The notes: generated by a model not told the origin, from the sequence alone. Positions 29,037 through 39,487 are shown, counted from the first letter of the stretch. The stretch: 64,000 bases of DNA from an uncultured bacterium (GCA_903821355.1 CAIJKW010000018.1:1453-65452), one strand, 5' to 3'. Made by a program: numbers and translations.

Positions 29037-29222
29037 ATGTCAATAAAACAATATATAAGCGAAACAAAATCAGAAATGAAGCACGTAAGTTGGCCAACAA
29101 GAAAGCAGACTATTGTTTACACAACATTAGTTATCGTCGTCTCATTGGTCGTAGCTTTATACGTTTCAGGCCTTGATACTGTCTTTACAAGTTTGTTCAC
29201 ACAATTTGTATTGCGTTCTTAA
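29037..29222 (+). CDS. secE: Preprotein translocase subunit SecE
   Basis: 61 aa; ETKSEMKHVSWPTRKQT followed by a single TM helix; upstream of nusG. Confidence 0.75.
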   Translation: MSIKQYISETKSEMKHVSWPTRKQTIVYTTLVIVVSLVVALYVSGLDTVFTSLFTQFVLRS

Positions 29223-29242
29223 AAGTTAATTTTTAAATAACC

Positions 29243-29785
29243 ATGTCAAAACAAGAACAAGGAGAAAGAAATTGGTATGCCATTCATACCTATGCTGGAT
29301 ATGAAAATGCTGTTATGAGAAATCTCAAACAGCGTACTGAGTCTCTTTGCATGGATGATCGCATATTCAATGTAATTGTTCCCACAGAAAAGAAGATTAA
29401 AATAAAAGGCAGCAAGAGAATAGAGGAGGAAGAAAAAATCTACCCAGGTTACATCTTGGTAGATATGATTGTAAACGATGATACATGGTACATGGTTAGA
29501 AACACTCCTAGAGTTACTGGCTTTGTTGGTTCAGGTACAATTCCTGTTCCTCTAGACAAGAAAGAAGTGGAGGAGTTGTTTAGAAGAATGTCCAACGATA
29601 ACGTTAAGCATACAATTAATCTTAACATTGGTGACCTGGTTAAGGTTGTAGACGGTCCATTTAAGGACTTGGAAGGTAAGGTCTCCGAGATTGATACAGA
29701 GAAGGGAAGAGTCCGTGTCCTTGTATCGATGTTTGGTAGAGAGACACCGGTTGAGCTCGACTTCTTGCAAGTTAAGCCGATATAG
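29243..29785 (+). CDS. nusG: Transcription termination/antitermination factor NusG
   Basis: NWYAIHTYAGYENAV NGN domain and C-terminal KOW (GDLVKVVDGPFKDLEGKV). Confidence 0.85.
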   Translation: MSKQEQGERNWYAIHTYAGYENAVMRNLKQRTESLCMDDRIFNVIVPTEKKIKIKGSKRIEEEEKIYPGYILVDMIVNDDTWYMVRNTPRVTGFVGSGTIPVPLDKKEVEELFRRMSNDNVKHTINLNIGDLVKVVDGPFKDLEGKVSEIDTEKGRVRVLVSMFGRETPVELDFLQVKPI

Positions 29786-29872
29786 GGTATTTTATAAGAA
29801 CCTTGGCCAGAGACGTCTTCGCTTCTTAGGCGGTTATGGCCATAAATAAAGAAAAACAATTAATATATATTT

Positions 29873-30298
29873 ATGGCAAAAAAAATAATCAAATCATTAA
29901 AGTTAGAAATTCCTGCTGGAAAAGCAAATCCTGCTCCTCCAGTTGGTCCTGCACTTGGTCAGGCTGGTGTTAACATTGGAGAATTTGTTAAAAGATTCAA
30001 CGACGCAACAGCTCCTATGGCAGGGGATATTATACCTGTAGTTATAACAGTTTTTGAAGATAGAACTTTTGACTTCGTTCTTAAAACTCCTCCAGCAGCA
30101 AGTTTGGTGCTTAAGGCAACTGGAGTAGAAAAAGGATCAGGTCACCCAAATACAAAGAAAGTTGGAAAAATCACAAAAGCTCAAGTTCAAAAAATTGCGG
30201 AGCAAAAGATGCCAGATCTAAACGCAAAAGATTTAGCTGGTGCAATGAAGATGATAGAAGGAACATGTGCTTCTCTAGGGATAGAGGTAATTGCATAA
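29873..30298 (+). CDS. rplK: 50S ribosomal protein L11
   Basis: [24 protein letters not shown] signature. Confidence 0.9.
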   Translation: MAKKIIKSLKLEIPAGKANPAPPVGPALGQAGVNIGEFVKRFNDATAPMAGDIIPVVITVFEDRTFDFVLKTPPAASLVLKATGVEKGSGHPNTKKVGKITKAQVQKIAEQKMPDLNAKDLAGAMKMIEGTCASLGIEVIA

Positions 30299-30325
30299 CT
30301 CAAAGAGGGTCATTTGGTATCAAGC

Positions 30326-30365
30326 AAAACCTCATGGATAAAACCATGAGGTTTCGTGTGTTTTA
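30326..30365 (+). terminator. Rho-independent terminator after rplK
   Basis: aaaacctcatgg-ataaaa-ccatgaggttt plus T-run. Confidence 0.6.
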
Positions 30366-30491
30366 TATATAAACCTTTGTTGCCAGTATCATTTGTCTGT
30401 TTGGGGGTATTTACAAAAGCCAGTATTTGTTGTAGTCTATGTCGGCTACAAAGTGTAGTTTGAACATTCAACCCCCACCACCCAGAATCCC

Positions 30492-31031
30492 ATGAACACC
30501 AATGAAGTTTTCGAAGATCTTTTGAAACTGCCGACCCCTAAAATTATCTTGTCGGGCAAGGTAGATCGGGAGATGCGTAATCGTGTATTCAGGTCTCTTA
30601 CTTTTCTCACAACCAAAGGCTCTCCGGATGTGGAAATCATCATTGAGTCTAGTGGCGGTGAGGTGAGTCACGGCCTCGACATCTATGATGCACTCCGCTT
30701 GTATCAAGGCAAGAAGAAAGGGATTGTCATCTCAGAGGCAGGATCTATGGCGGCAATCATCCTCCAGGCTTGTGACACTCGCCAGTGCGCTTCACACGCC
30801 TACATCCTTGTTCACAATGGAGATTGTCGGATAAAATTTGATGTCCTCTTTGACGATGCCGCTTTGGCTGCATTCAAAAAAGAAAAGCAAGAAACCCTGT
30901 CTCTGCTCCACACAATCCTTTCGACCAAGACCGGCAAAGAGGATCGTGAAGTTGTTGAGATGTGTAAGCCCGATAAATGGATAACGGCACAAAAGGCCTT
31001 AGAACTAGGATTGATCGATGAGATCGTCTGA
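30492..31031 (+). CDS. ClpP-like (S14) serine protease on GC-rich island 3
   Basis: IIESSGGEVSHGLDIYDAL (like ClpP INSPGG...GLAIYDTM), GSMAA catalytic Ser context, ILVHNG His context; about 48% GC against 35% flanks. Confidence 0.55.
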   Translation: MNTNEVFEDLLKLPTPKIILSGKVDREMRNRVFRSLTFLTTKGSPDVEIIIESSGGEVSHGLDIYDALRLYQGKKKGIVISEAGSMAAIILQACDTRQCASHAYILVHNGDCRIKFDVLFDDAALAAFKKEKQETLSLLHTILSTKTGKEDREVVEMCKPDKWITAQKALELGLIDEIV

Positions 31032-31134
31032 GTCCAAAACCTCTCCCTCCTCCATTTTCACAAACAGCGTTGCCCAGACGGGCGGCGCTGTTTTTTCTGT
31101 TGTGATTATTTTATTGCATGATAATATACAAACC

Positions 31135-32910
31135 ATGAAGAAAGTTATTACTAAAGCCATATTGGAAGCTGTTAAGGATGATAGTTCTGTTGATTTCTTA
31201 GAGAACAGAGAGTTGTTGGACAGACCAGCGGATTTATCTCACGGAGACTATTCTACAAACGTTGCTATGATCTTAGCCCCAAAACTTGGTGTTAAGCCTT
31301 TAGATTTAGCCAATAAAATTGTTATAAAACTTCAAGATAAGATCTCTGGTGTTAAAAAAGTAGAAGTCGCAGGCCCTGGATTTATCAATTTTCACCTTGA
31401 AGAAGAATCCAGTTTAAAATTAATAAAAGAAATTTTTGACGAAAAGATTGGCGGGTTGAATTATGGAAAGTCAGATTTGCACGCCGGAAAAAGGATTGTC
31501 TATGAATATACTGATCCAAATCCATTTAAGCAATTTCATATTGGACATTTGATGTCTAACGCAATAGGGGAATCAATGTCTCGTCTTGCTGAATGGTCCG
31601 GGGCAGAGGTAAAAAGATATTGTTATCAGGGAGATGTTGGTAGGCATGTCGCTCTTACATTCTACGGTTTTGATTTACTGAAAAGTGAGGAAGGAGCGGT
31701 TTGGCCAAGTGATGAAATAACTCTTAGCGAAAAGGTGGCTTTTTTGGGAAAGATATACGCAAAGGGGGCGACTCATTTCAAGGATCACCCAGAAGATGAA
31801 GAAAAAGTTCAAGAGATAAATAAGAAAATTTACGATAAGTCAGATGAAGAAATAAACAGACTATATGATTTGGGAAAAAAATGGAGCCTAGAACATTTTG
31901 AAGAGCTTTATAAAATTCTTGGAACAAAGTTTGATCAGTACTTCTTTGAGAGTGATAGTTCAGCGATCGGACTTGAAGAAGTGAAGAAAGCACTAAAGTC
32001 AGGCGTATTTGAGGAGAGTGAAGGCGCCGTTATTTTCAAAGGAGAAAATTATGGGTTGAACACTCGTGTTTTTATAAATAAATTTGGATTGCCAACTTAT
32101 GAGGCTAAAGAACTTGGACTTGCTTTGCTTAAAAGCAAGAGAGAACCGTTTGATATTTCTTATACAATAACGGCCAATGAACAAGATAATGTCTTGGCGG
32201 TTTCCTATAAAGCAATTGAACAAATATATCCAGAAATTGCAAAAAAGAATTTCCATATTTCTCATGGGATGTTAAGACTCACCACAGGCAAGATGGGATC
32301 AAGGACTGGTAATGTGATTACAGGGGAGTCGATGATTGACGATATGACAGAAATGGCTCTTGAGAAGATGAAAGAAAGAGAAATTCCTGAAGTAGAGAGA
32401 AAAGAAATTGCACAGCAGATTGCTGTTGCCGCAATTAAATATACAATTCTACGTCAAACAATTGGAAGAGATATAATTTTTGATGCGCAAAAGTCATTAT
32501 CATTTGAGGGTGACTCTGGTCCATATCTTCAATACTCTTGTGTTCGTGCCAAGTCAGTCTTGGACAAAGCGGAGAAACAAGGTTTGTCTGCTGAGCTTCA
32601 TAATCTATCCGTTGATAAATTAAAGGAGTTAAATATTTGCAGCCTTGGTTGGGCTGGTGGAAAGTTAGAAAAAATGCTGATTAGATTTCCAGAAATACTT
32701 TTACGCTCTGAAAAAGAGCATGCCCCACATCATGTTGGACAATATCTATTAGATTTGGCGTCTGAATTTAATTCGTTCTATGCAAACACTCAAATTATTT
32801 CTGAGAATGATGAGCTTACCCCATATAAATTATCTCTGACAAAAGCTTTGTTAATAGTTTTAACTAATGGATTGGATGTTCTAGGAATCAAGGTACCAAG
32901 CAGGATGTAA
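31135..32910 (+). CDS. argS: Arginine--tRNA ligase
   Basis: HIGHLMSNAIG (HIGH) and C-terminal DALR anticodon-binding region; start set to ATG 31135 (MKKVITKA) rather than 31018, which overlaps the ClpP-like gene. Confidence 0.9.
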   Translation: MKKVITKAILEAVKDDSSVDFLENRELLDRPADLSHGDYSTNVAMILAPKLGVKPLDLANKIVIKLQDKISGVKKVEVAGPGFINFHLEEESSLKLIKEIFDEKIGGLNYGKSDLHAGKRIVYEYTDPNPFKQFHIGHLMSNAIGESMSRLAEWSGAEVKRYCYQGDVGRHVALTFYGFDLLKSEEGAVWPSDEITLSEKVAFLGKIYAKGATHFKDHPEDEEKVQEINKKIYDKSDEEINRLYDLGKKWSLEHFEELYKILGTKFDQYFFESDSSAIGLEEVKKALKSGVFEESEGAVIFKGENYGLNTRVFINKFGLPTYEAKELGLALLKSKREPFDISYTITANEQDNVLAVSYKAIEQIYPEIAKKNFHISHGMLRLTTGKMGSRTGNVITGESMIDDMTEMALEKMKEREIPEVERKEIAQQIAVAAIKYTILRQTIGRDIIFDAQKSLSFEGDSGPYLQYSCVRAKSVLDKAEKQGLSAELHNLSVDKLKELNICSLGWAGGKLEKMLIRFPEILLRSEKEHAPHHVGQYLLDLASEFNSFYANTQIISENDELTPYKLSLTKALLIVLTNGLDVLGIKVPSRM

Positions 32911-32987
32911 GCCCTGATGCTTTTTGTTTTGGCCTATGTGGTCTTAATGGAACTAACAAAATTGGTTTTTTGTGATAGTATACTTCC

Positions 32988-35900
32988 ATGACTTCAAAAC
33001 AAAATGATTTGGCCGAAGATAAAGGTCAAAACGGGGTAGGGCTACCCGTTCAAGACAAGTCCGAAACTATCAAAAAAGAAGAAACTGCAGAAAGTACCAT
33101 ATCAATTAAAGAAAAGGCTGTTTTGTCTTTTTGGAATGAGAATAAAATTTTTGAGCAATCTCTAAAAAAAGACTCTCCACTTGGAAATTTTGTGTTTTAC
33201 GATGGACCTCCATACGCTACAGGGCTTCCTCATTATGGGCATATTTTGCCAAACTCGTTAAAAGATTTATTGCCTAGATACAAGACGATGAGGGGTTTTC
33301 ATGTTGATAGAAAATGGGGGTGGGACTGTCATGGACTACCAATTGAAAACTTGATAGAGAAAAAGCTTGGTCTCAAAGATAAAAAAGCTATTGAGGAATA
33401 TGGGGTTGATAAATTTAATAAAGCTGCCAAAGAAAGCGTCCTAGTTTATGCAGAAGAGTGGAGAGAAAGAATTCAAAGGATTGGTAGATGGGTTGATATG
33501 GATAATGATTACAGAACAATGGATTCAAGTTATACAGAATCTGTTTGGTGGTCTTTTTCTGAATTAAATAAAAAAGGTCTTGTTTTTGAAGATTACAAGG
33601 TAATGCAGGTCTGTCCTAGATGCGGAACCCCTCTTTCAAATTTTGAGGTTGCTCAAGGGTATAAAGATATTGCTGACATTTCTGTTTATGCAAAGTTTGA
33701 AATTAAAGATCAATCTCTCGCTTCAATAAAAAGTTATTACGATATAGATGCTGACTCAAAAACATATTTCCTTGCTTGGACAACAACCCCATGGACACTT
33801 CCAGGAAACGTTGCTCTTGCAGTTAATCCAGAGTTAACATACGTTTGTGTTTCTGTTAAGACAGGATCAGATGCAGTTTTGACAAGAGAAAATTATATTA
33901 TTGCCGAAAGTCTCTTTGAAATATTAAAATCCAAAAAAATACTTCCTGATGATGCGGAGTTGCTTGTTGCCAAGAAAGCTCTGACAGGAAATGGTTTGAC
34001 CGGTCTTTCATATGAACCCGTATTTGACTACTACAAAAAAGAGGGAACACTAGAGTTGCATGAAAAGGAAAGAGGAAATATTTGGAAGGTTTATACCGCG
34101 CCCTTTGTCACAGCAGAAGACGGAACGGGGATTGTTCACATTGCTCCCGCTTATGGAGATGATGACATGAAGTTGTCTAAGACATATTCTCTACCTGTAA
34201 TTAAGCATGTTGGTTTTGATGGACTATTTGTTGATTTAATAACTGAGATGAAAGGTAAGTCAGCAAAGCCTAAAGAAGATCACCAAAGCGCTGATATCGA
34301 AATCATTAAAATTCTTGCACAAAAAGGAGTGTTGCTTGCTAAGGAAAAAATGACTCACTCGTATCCTCATTGTTGGAGATGCGAGACTCCACTGATTAAC
34401 TTTGCAACAACAAGTCTTTTTGTTAGGACAACATCTCTGAAAGATAAACTAATTGAAGAGAATAATAAAATAAACTGGGTACCAAAAGAGATTGGATCTG
34501 GACGTTTTGGTGAGTGGTTGGAAAACATAAGAGACTGGGCAATTTCAAGAACAAGATATTGGGGTGCACCTGTTCCCATGTGGAAGTCAGATAGTGGAAA
34601 AATAGAAATACTTGGGTCGTATGCTGATCTTAAGGAAAAAATTCGTCAAAACTCTAATAACAACGGATACATTTTAATGAGACATGGAGAGGCTGAGTCA
34701 AACGTAAAAAATATTATCAATGCTCACGATTTAAATCTTTATGGATTAACAGAGAAGGGTGTTGAGCAAGTAAAAGAATCGGCTTTGAAGTTGAAAGAGG
34801 CTGGAGTTATGGCAGGGGATATAACAAGTGATCCTGTAAAAGAAGATGTTGGTAGAAAAACTGGTCCAATCACAAAAATTTATTGTTCTGATTTCAGGAG
34901 AACAAAAGAGACCGCTAAAATTGTAGCAGAGGTACTTGGTCTTGATGAATCAAAAATAATATATGATCCACGTATTAGAGAATGCGACAATGGTGAATTG
35001 GAAGGCCATAATGGCGATGAGAGAACTGCTTGCTTTAAATCGGAAGAACAAAGATTATATTTTGGTCCAGGTGGAGGGGAATCTGCTTATGAAATTAAAA
35101 AGCGAGTCGCAGGTTTTCTATATGACATAGACTCACTAAACAAAGATGAAAACATCCTTATTATAACTCATGGATTGCCATTGAGAATGATCAAGGAGGC
35201 ATCTAAAGGGAGAACTGCTAGAGATATGTATAGAAGTGGTTGGCAGGATGTCTCTGATCCAAACGCCTCACTTCACTCCATCGATTTTGTCCAAATGCCA
35301 CATGATGAAAATTTTGAGCTTGATGTCCATAGACCATTGATTGACGCAATTACTTGGAAAAACGAAGACGGAGAACTCATGAAGAGAATCCCTGACGTCT
35401 TTGATGTTTGGTATGACTCTGGGTCAATGCCTTTTGCTTCTCAACATTATCCATTTGAAAACAAAGAAGAGTTTGAAAAAGCTGATAGTAAAATATTCCC
35501 CGCTGATTTCATCGCTGAAGGTTTGGATCAAACTAGAGGTTGGTTTTATTCATTACTCTGTCTTGGCGTTAGTTTGTTTGGAAAATCTCCATTCAAGAAT
35601 GTTTCCGTTAATGGTTTAATTTTGGCAGAAGACGGAAGGAAGATGGCAAAGAGTCTGAATAACTATCCTGAGCTTATGGGCGTCATTGAAAAATACGGCG
35701 CTGATTCATTAAGATATTTTTTGGTTACATCTCCCGCTGTTACAGCAGAGGAGGTTGCCTTTTCGGAAAAATCTTTAGATGAGATTAATAAAAAAATATT
35801 CAACAGACTAGATAATGTTTATACATTCTATAAAACATATTCAGAAATGTTTGGGAAAGACTCTTCCGACGTTTTACACTCACTCAAATCAGAAAATGTG

Positions 35901-36737
35901 TTAGACCAATGGATTTGGGCAAAACTTAAAAAGTTGAACAGAGACATGACCAGAGATTTTGATTTATATTTAATATCAAAAGGAGCTCGTCCTATCGCTC
36001 AGTTTGTCGATGAACTATCTACTTGGTATCTAAGAAGGTCCAGAGATAGGTTTAAGGGGGACAATACAGTTGATAGAGATTTTGCAATTGCAACACTTAG
36101 GTCTGTATTATTAAATCTATCAAAACTAATCGCTCCAATTATTCCTTTCTCTGCAGAGGATTTATATCAAAAAGTTAAAGATGCAAACTCTAAATTGAGT
36201 GTGCATTTGGAGGACTGGCCAGAACTCGGAGAGCTTTCTGAAAAGGAAGAGTTGTTGCTTGTTAATATGGATGCGGCCAGAAATTTAGTAGAAACGGGTC
36301 TATCTCTTCGTGCTAAATCTCAAATAAAAGTTAGGCAGCCTCTTTCATCTTTTATCTATACAAATAAGGAAGGTAAGGGACTGCATTCAGAAATAGAAGA
36401 AATTATTAAAGATGAGCTGAATGTAAAGTCAGTAGCAATCGGTGAGGCGGTTTTTCTCGACACAGCTATAACCCCAGAATTAAAAGAAGAAGGAATGTCT
36501 AGAGATTTAATTAGAGCAATACAGGAAGCTAGAAAAGCATTTGGTTTTTCTCCAAATGATAAGATTATTTTACTTATCGAAAATAATTCTGCTGGTAAGT
36601 TGATGGTAGAAAAATATTATTCATCAATCGCCAAAACTGTATTAGCTGAAAATATAAGTCTATCTGATTTTGAGGGAGGTGAGGCGGTTTCAATTGGTGA
36701 TCAAGAGGTCAGATTCATCGTAAAATCAGTAAAATAA
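32988..36737 (+). CDS. ileS: Isoleucine--tRNA ligase with an inserted histidine-phosphatase (phosphoglycerate-mutase family) domain
   Basis: HYGH (HIGH), WAISRTRYWGAPVPMW, DVWYDSGS, KMAKS (KMSKS); about 200 inserted aa bearing LMRHGEAESN, RRTKETAKIVA and ITHGLPLRM (RHG...H catalytic dyad) between the WxISRxRxWG and DxWxDSG blocks; 1249 aa total. Confidence 0.9.
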   Translation: MTSKQNDLAEDKGQNGVGLPVQDKSETIKKEETAESTISIKEKAVLSFWNENKIFEQSLKKDSPLGNFVFYDGPPYATGLPHYGHILPNSLKDLLPRYKTMRGFHVDRKWGWDCHGLPIENLIEKKLGLKDKKAIEEYGVDKFNKAAKESVLVYAEEWRERIQRIGRWVDMDNDYRTMDSSYTESVWWSFSELNKKGLVFEDYKVMQVCPRCGTPLSNFEVAQGYKDIADISVYAKFEIKDQSLASIKSYYDIDADSKTYFLAWTTTPWTLPGNVALAVNPELTYVCVSVKTGSDAVLTRENYIIAESLFEILKSKKILPDDAELLVAKKALTGNGLTGLSYEPVFDYYKKEGTLELHEKERGNIWKVYTAPFVTAEDGTGIVHIAPAYGDDDMKLSKTYSLPVIKHVGFDGLFVDLITEMKGKSAKPKEDHQSADIEIIKILAQKGVLLAKEKMTHSYPHCWRCETPLINFATTSLFVRTTSLKDKLIEENNKINWVPKEIGSGRFGEWLENIRDWAISRTRYWGAPVPMWKSDSGKIEILGSYADLKEKIRQNSNNNGYILMRHGEAESNVKNIINAHDLNLYGLTEKGVEQVKESALKLKEAGVMAGDITSDPVKEDVGRKTGPITKIYCSDFRRTKETAKIVAEVLGLDESKIIYDPRIRECDNGELEGHNGDERTACFKSEEQRLYFGPGGGESAYEIKKRVAGFLYDIDSLNKDENILIITHGLPLRMIKEASKGRTARDMYRSGWQDVSDPNASLHSIDFVQMPHDENFELDVHRPLIDAITWKNEDGELMKRIPDVFDVWYDSGSMPFASQHYPFENKEEFEKADSKIFPADFIAEGLDQTRGWFYSLLCLGVSLFGKSPFKNVSVNGLILAEDGRKMAKSLNNYPELMGVIEKYGADSLRYFLVTSPAVTAEEVAFSEKSLDEINKKIFNRLDNVYTFYKTYSEMFGKDSSDVLHSLKSENVLDQWIWAKLKKLNRDMTRDFDLYLISKGARPIAQFVDELSTWYLRRSRDRFKGDNTVDRDFAIATLRSVLLNLSKLIAPIIPFSAEDLYQKVKDANSKLSVHLEDWPELGELSEKEELLLVNMDAARNLVETGLSLRAKSQIKVRQPLSSFIYTNKEGKGLHSEIEEIIKDELNVKSVAIGEAVFLDTAITPELKEEGMSRDLIRAIQEARKAFGFSPNDKIILLIENNSAGKLMVEKYYSSIAKTVLAENISLSDFEGGEAVSIGDQEVRFIVKSVK

Positions 36738-36805
36738 TTAGGGCCAATAAATATTCCTCTAATATTCACGTAATAGGGTCTAATCGGAAAAAATAAATTA
36801 AAATT

Positions 36806-37402
36806 GTGTCATATAGAATTTACCACACGGAAGGTTATATTATAGACAGTTCGACCTCTGGAGAATCAAATAAGGTCTTTACGATTTTAACATCGGAACT
36901 TGGAACTATTATTGCAACTGCTCAAGGTGTTCGAAAGTTAGAGTCCAAGCTAAGGTACAGTTTACAAGACTTAACCTATGCCAAATTTGCTTTAGTTAGA
37001 GGAAAAGAAATTTGGAGAATTACGGGCGCTGAAAAAATCGTAAATATTTACGATAAGAAAATCCCTGTCCAAATTAGACAGTTTTTGGCACGCACGCTCT
37101 CTTTTATTAAGAGACTTTCGCCTGGAGAGGCTGTGAACAAAAGGGTTTTTGAAGAGTTCGACAATTTACACAAAGCTGTAATATCTTCAAAAATGATAAG
37201 AGACAACAGTGATTTGAATGCCGTTGAAAATTTGATGTATCTCAGAGTTGCTCATCATTTTGGCTACGGAACACCAAGTGAAAAACTGAAAGCTATTGTT
37301 TACTCTCCTTCTTGGAACATTGAGATTAGAGACAATGCGATAGATTTGATTGAAGAGACAAAAAAAGAGCTAGCTTCAATACTTTCTGAGACTCAATTGT
37401 GA
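36806..37402 (+). CDS. recO: DNA repair protein RecO (short form)
   Basis: N-terminal OB-fold pattern EGYIID...GESNKVFTILTSELGTIIATAQGVRK; C-terminal LRVAHHFGYG matches the RecO hLGY motif. Confidence 0.6.
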   Translation: MSYRIYHTEGYIIDSSTSGESNKVFTILTSELGTIIATAQGVRKLESKLRYSLQDLTYAKFALVRGKEIWRITGAEKIVNIYDKKIPVQIRQFLARTLSFIKRLSPGEAVNKRVFEEFDNLHKAVISSKMIRDNSDLNAVENLMYLRVAHHFGYGTPSEKLKAIVYSPSWNIEIRDNAIDLIEETKKELASILSETQL

Positions 37403-37483
37403 TTCAGCAGACGATTCAGCAGAATCGCCACGGGCTCGCCACGGGCTCATCCAAACGACGATTCTGCTGAATCGCCTACTGGG
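37401..37483. repeat. Palindromic intergenic repeat, copy A (two GGCGATTC-N4-GAATCGCC-type palindromes, tandem ACGGGCTCGCC, then TACTGGG)
   Basis: acgattcagcagaatcgcc / acgggctcgcc acgggctc / acgattctgctgaatcgcc tactggg; TATAAT at 37540-37545 sits 7 nt before ATG 37553. Confidence 0.7.
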
Positions 37484-37552
37484 TAGTCTTTCGGTTTCTT
37501 GTCTGTGGTCGTCTACTCATTTTTCTATACACAATATGCTATAATTTAAACC

Positions 37553-39487
37553 ATGAATGATGACGAAGGAAAAATCGAAGAATTAAAAAAGAAGCTTTAC
37601 TCGCACACTGAGAATCTACCAAAGATGAAGCATGTTAAACTGCATGAGCATCATGTTTTGGTTAACAGAGACTGGGATGAGAAGGTGGAACAAGAAGAAA
37701 TACCTAAAATAGAATATGGTAGAAATAGATTTTACAAAGTCCTAAAGGGCTTGATAGTTTTTTCTATTATTTTTCTTGTGTTTGCCATGGGTGTTGCGTA
37801 TTACTACTTCAATATCAATCCTAACGTTATTTCTGGTGCAAATATTGACATAAGCGTTTCTGGTCCAGTTGTTGTTTCATCTGGCCAAGAATTGTCATTG
37901 GATGTTAACATTTTTAACAATAATCCTTCAGTGATACAATCGGCGGATTTAATTGTGACATATCCAGATGGAACAAGAAGAGCTGATGATAAGGTAACAA
38001 GCTTGATCACAGACAGAATTTCAATTGGTGATATACAGGCCGGTGCAACAAGTAGGACTACAATTAAATCAATTATTTTGGCAGAAGAAGGTTCTACAAA
38101 AAATATTAATATTGCCCTAGAGTATAAAATGCCGGGGACAAACAGTCTTTTTGTAAAAGAAAAATCTTATCCGATGGGTATCAGTTCTGGTCCAGTTTCT
38201 ATTTCTGTCGATTCAATCAAGGAAATTACGCCAGAACAAAATACAAAGTTTCTAGTCTCTGTTAAATCAAATTCAGATAGTGTTATAAAAAATGTCGTAC
38301 TTAAGGCTGAATATCCATTTGGTTTTGATTTTACTTCATCTTCTCCGGTCCCATCCTCATCTAATATTGGATGGAGATTGGGAGATATTGCGCCAGGGGA
38401 GATAAAGAAGATAGAAATTACCGCAAAGATTTTTGGCCAGGCAAATCAAGAGAGGACAGTTAGATTTTTTGCAGGCACGGCTCAGACTAAGGATCCAAAT
38501 GAAATCGATACAATTTTTGCTTCAGCTGATCAGACCTTTAATCTAAAGGCTCCATTCCTTGGTGCTGATATTGCAATAAATGGTAATGGTAGTGAAATCG
38601 TTGTTGTTAATAGTGGTCAGTTTATACGAGGGGAAGTTTTGTGGAAAAATAATCTTGATGTCTCAATTCACGATGTTGCAATTGAAGCTAAACTAGGTGG
38701 TGTTAGTGCGGATAGGACGAGTGTTAATGCGGAAAATGGATTTTATAATTCAACTAACGATACATTGTATTGGGAGAAGAGTAATAATCCAGAACTTGAA
38801 GATGTTGCCCCAAACAAAAGTGGAACTTCTTATTTCAATATGAAAGTCTTTGATTTGACGAAAGATTTAGCCTCAAACCTAAGAAGGCCTGAAATTACTC
38901 TGAATTTTACAGTTAAGGGAAACAGATTAAATGAAAACAAAGTTTCAGAAGAAGTGACTTCACAAGCTTCTCGTAAAATTAGAGTTGCAACTGATATGGG
39001 GTTAGATACTAGACTTCTTTATAATGATGGCCCATTTCAGAATACTGGACCAATGCCTGCAAAGGTGGACAGCAGGACCACATACACTGTAAATGTTAAG
39101 GTCTACAATTCATATAACAATGTAAAGAATGCAATCTATACAGCAAAATTACCGATCTATGTTAATTGGCTTGGGGTAGTTAATCCTGTAACAGCAAGCT
39201 CAACGGTTGTTTATAATTTGGAAAATAGGACGATAACATGGAACGCGGGGGATGTTGCTCCAGGAGCTGGTTATATTTCTAATCCAAAAGAGATGTCCTT
39301 TCAGGTTGAATTTTTACCAAGTCTATCTCAACAGAATCAATCGCCAATTATAATTAATGGTCAAAGAATTGCTGGAACAGATAGTTTTACAAATACCGTA
39401 GTTAGTGCAGATGGATATTCCTTGAATACTCAAATAACTTCTGACTCCAAATATGATATGTCATTGGATAAAGTTGTTGGCAAATAG
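37553..39487 (+). CDS. Large membrane-anchored surface protein, hypothetical (N-terminal cytoplasmic segment, one TM, repetitive beta-rich ectodomain)
   Basis: 644 aa; TM LIVFSIIFLVFAMGVAYYYF; repeated V/S/T/N-rich beta-strand-like segments; promoter geometry implies a leaderless mRNA. Confidence 0.45.
   Translation: MNDDEGKIEELKKKLYSHTENLPKMKHVKLHEHHVLVNRDWDEKVEQEEIPKIEYGRNRFYKVLKGLIVFSIIFLVFAMGVAYYYFNINPNVISGANIDISVSGPVVVSSGQELSLDVNIFNNNPSVIQSADLIVTYPDGTRRADDKVTSLITDRISIGDIQAGATSRTTIKSIILAEEGSTKNINIALEYKMPGTNSLFVKEKSYPMGISSGPVSISVDSIKEITPEQNTKFLVSVKSNSDSVIKNVVLKAEYPFGFDFTSSSPVPSSSNIGWRLGDIAPGEIKKIEITAKIFGQANQERTVRFFAGTAQTKDPNEIDTIFASADQTFNLKAPFLGADIAINGNGSEIVVVNSGQFIRGEVLWKNNLDVSIHDVAIEAKLGGVSADRTSVNAENGFYNSTNDTLYWEKSNNPELEDVAPNKSGTSYFNMKVFDLTKDLASNLRRPEITLNFTVKGNRLNENKVSEEVTSQASRKIRVATDMGLDTRLLYNDGPFQNTGPMPAKVDSRTTYTVNVKVYNSYNNVKNAIYTAKLPIYVNWLGVVNPVTASSTVVYNLENRTITWNAGDVAPGAGYISNPKEMSFQVEFLPSLSQQNQSPIIINGQRIAGTDSFTNTVVSADGYSLNTQITSDSKYDMSLDKVVGK

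Noticed and set aside
31018-31134. ORF-track start at 31018 for argS and 27843 for the SIMPL-domain gene
   Set aside because: The upstream extensions overlap the preceding gene or contain the gene's own promoter (TATAAT at about 27893). Internal ATGs at 31135 and 27909 match conserved protein N-termini.
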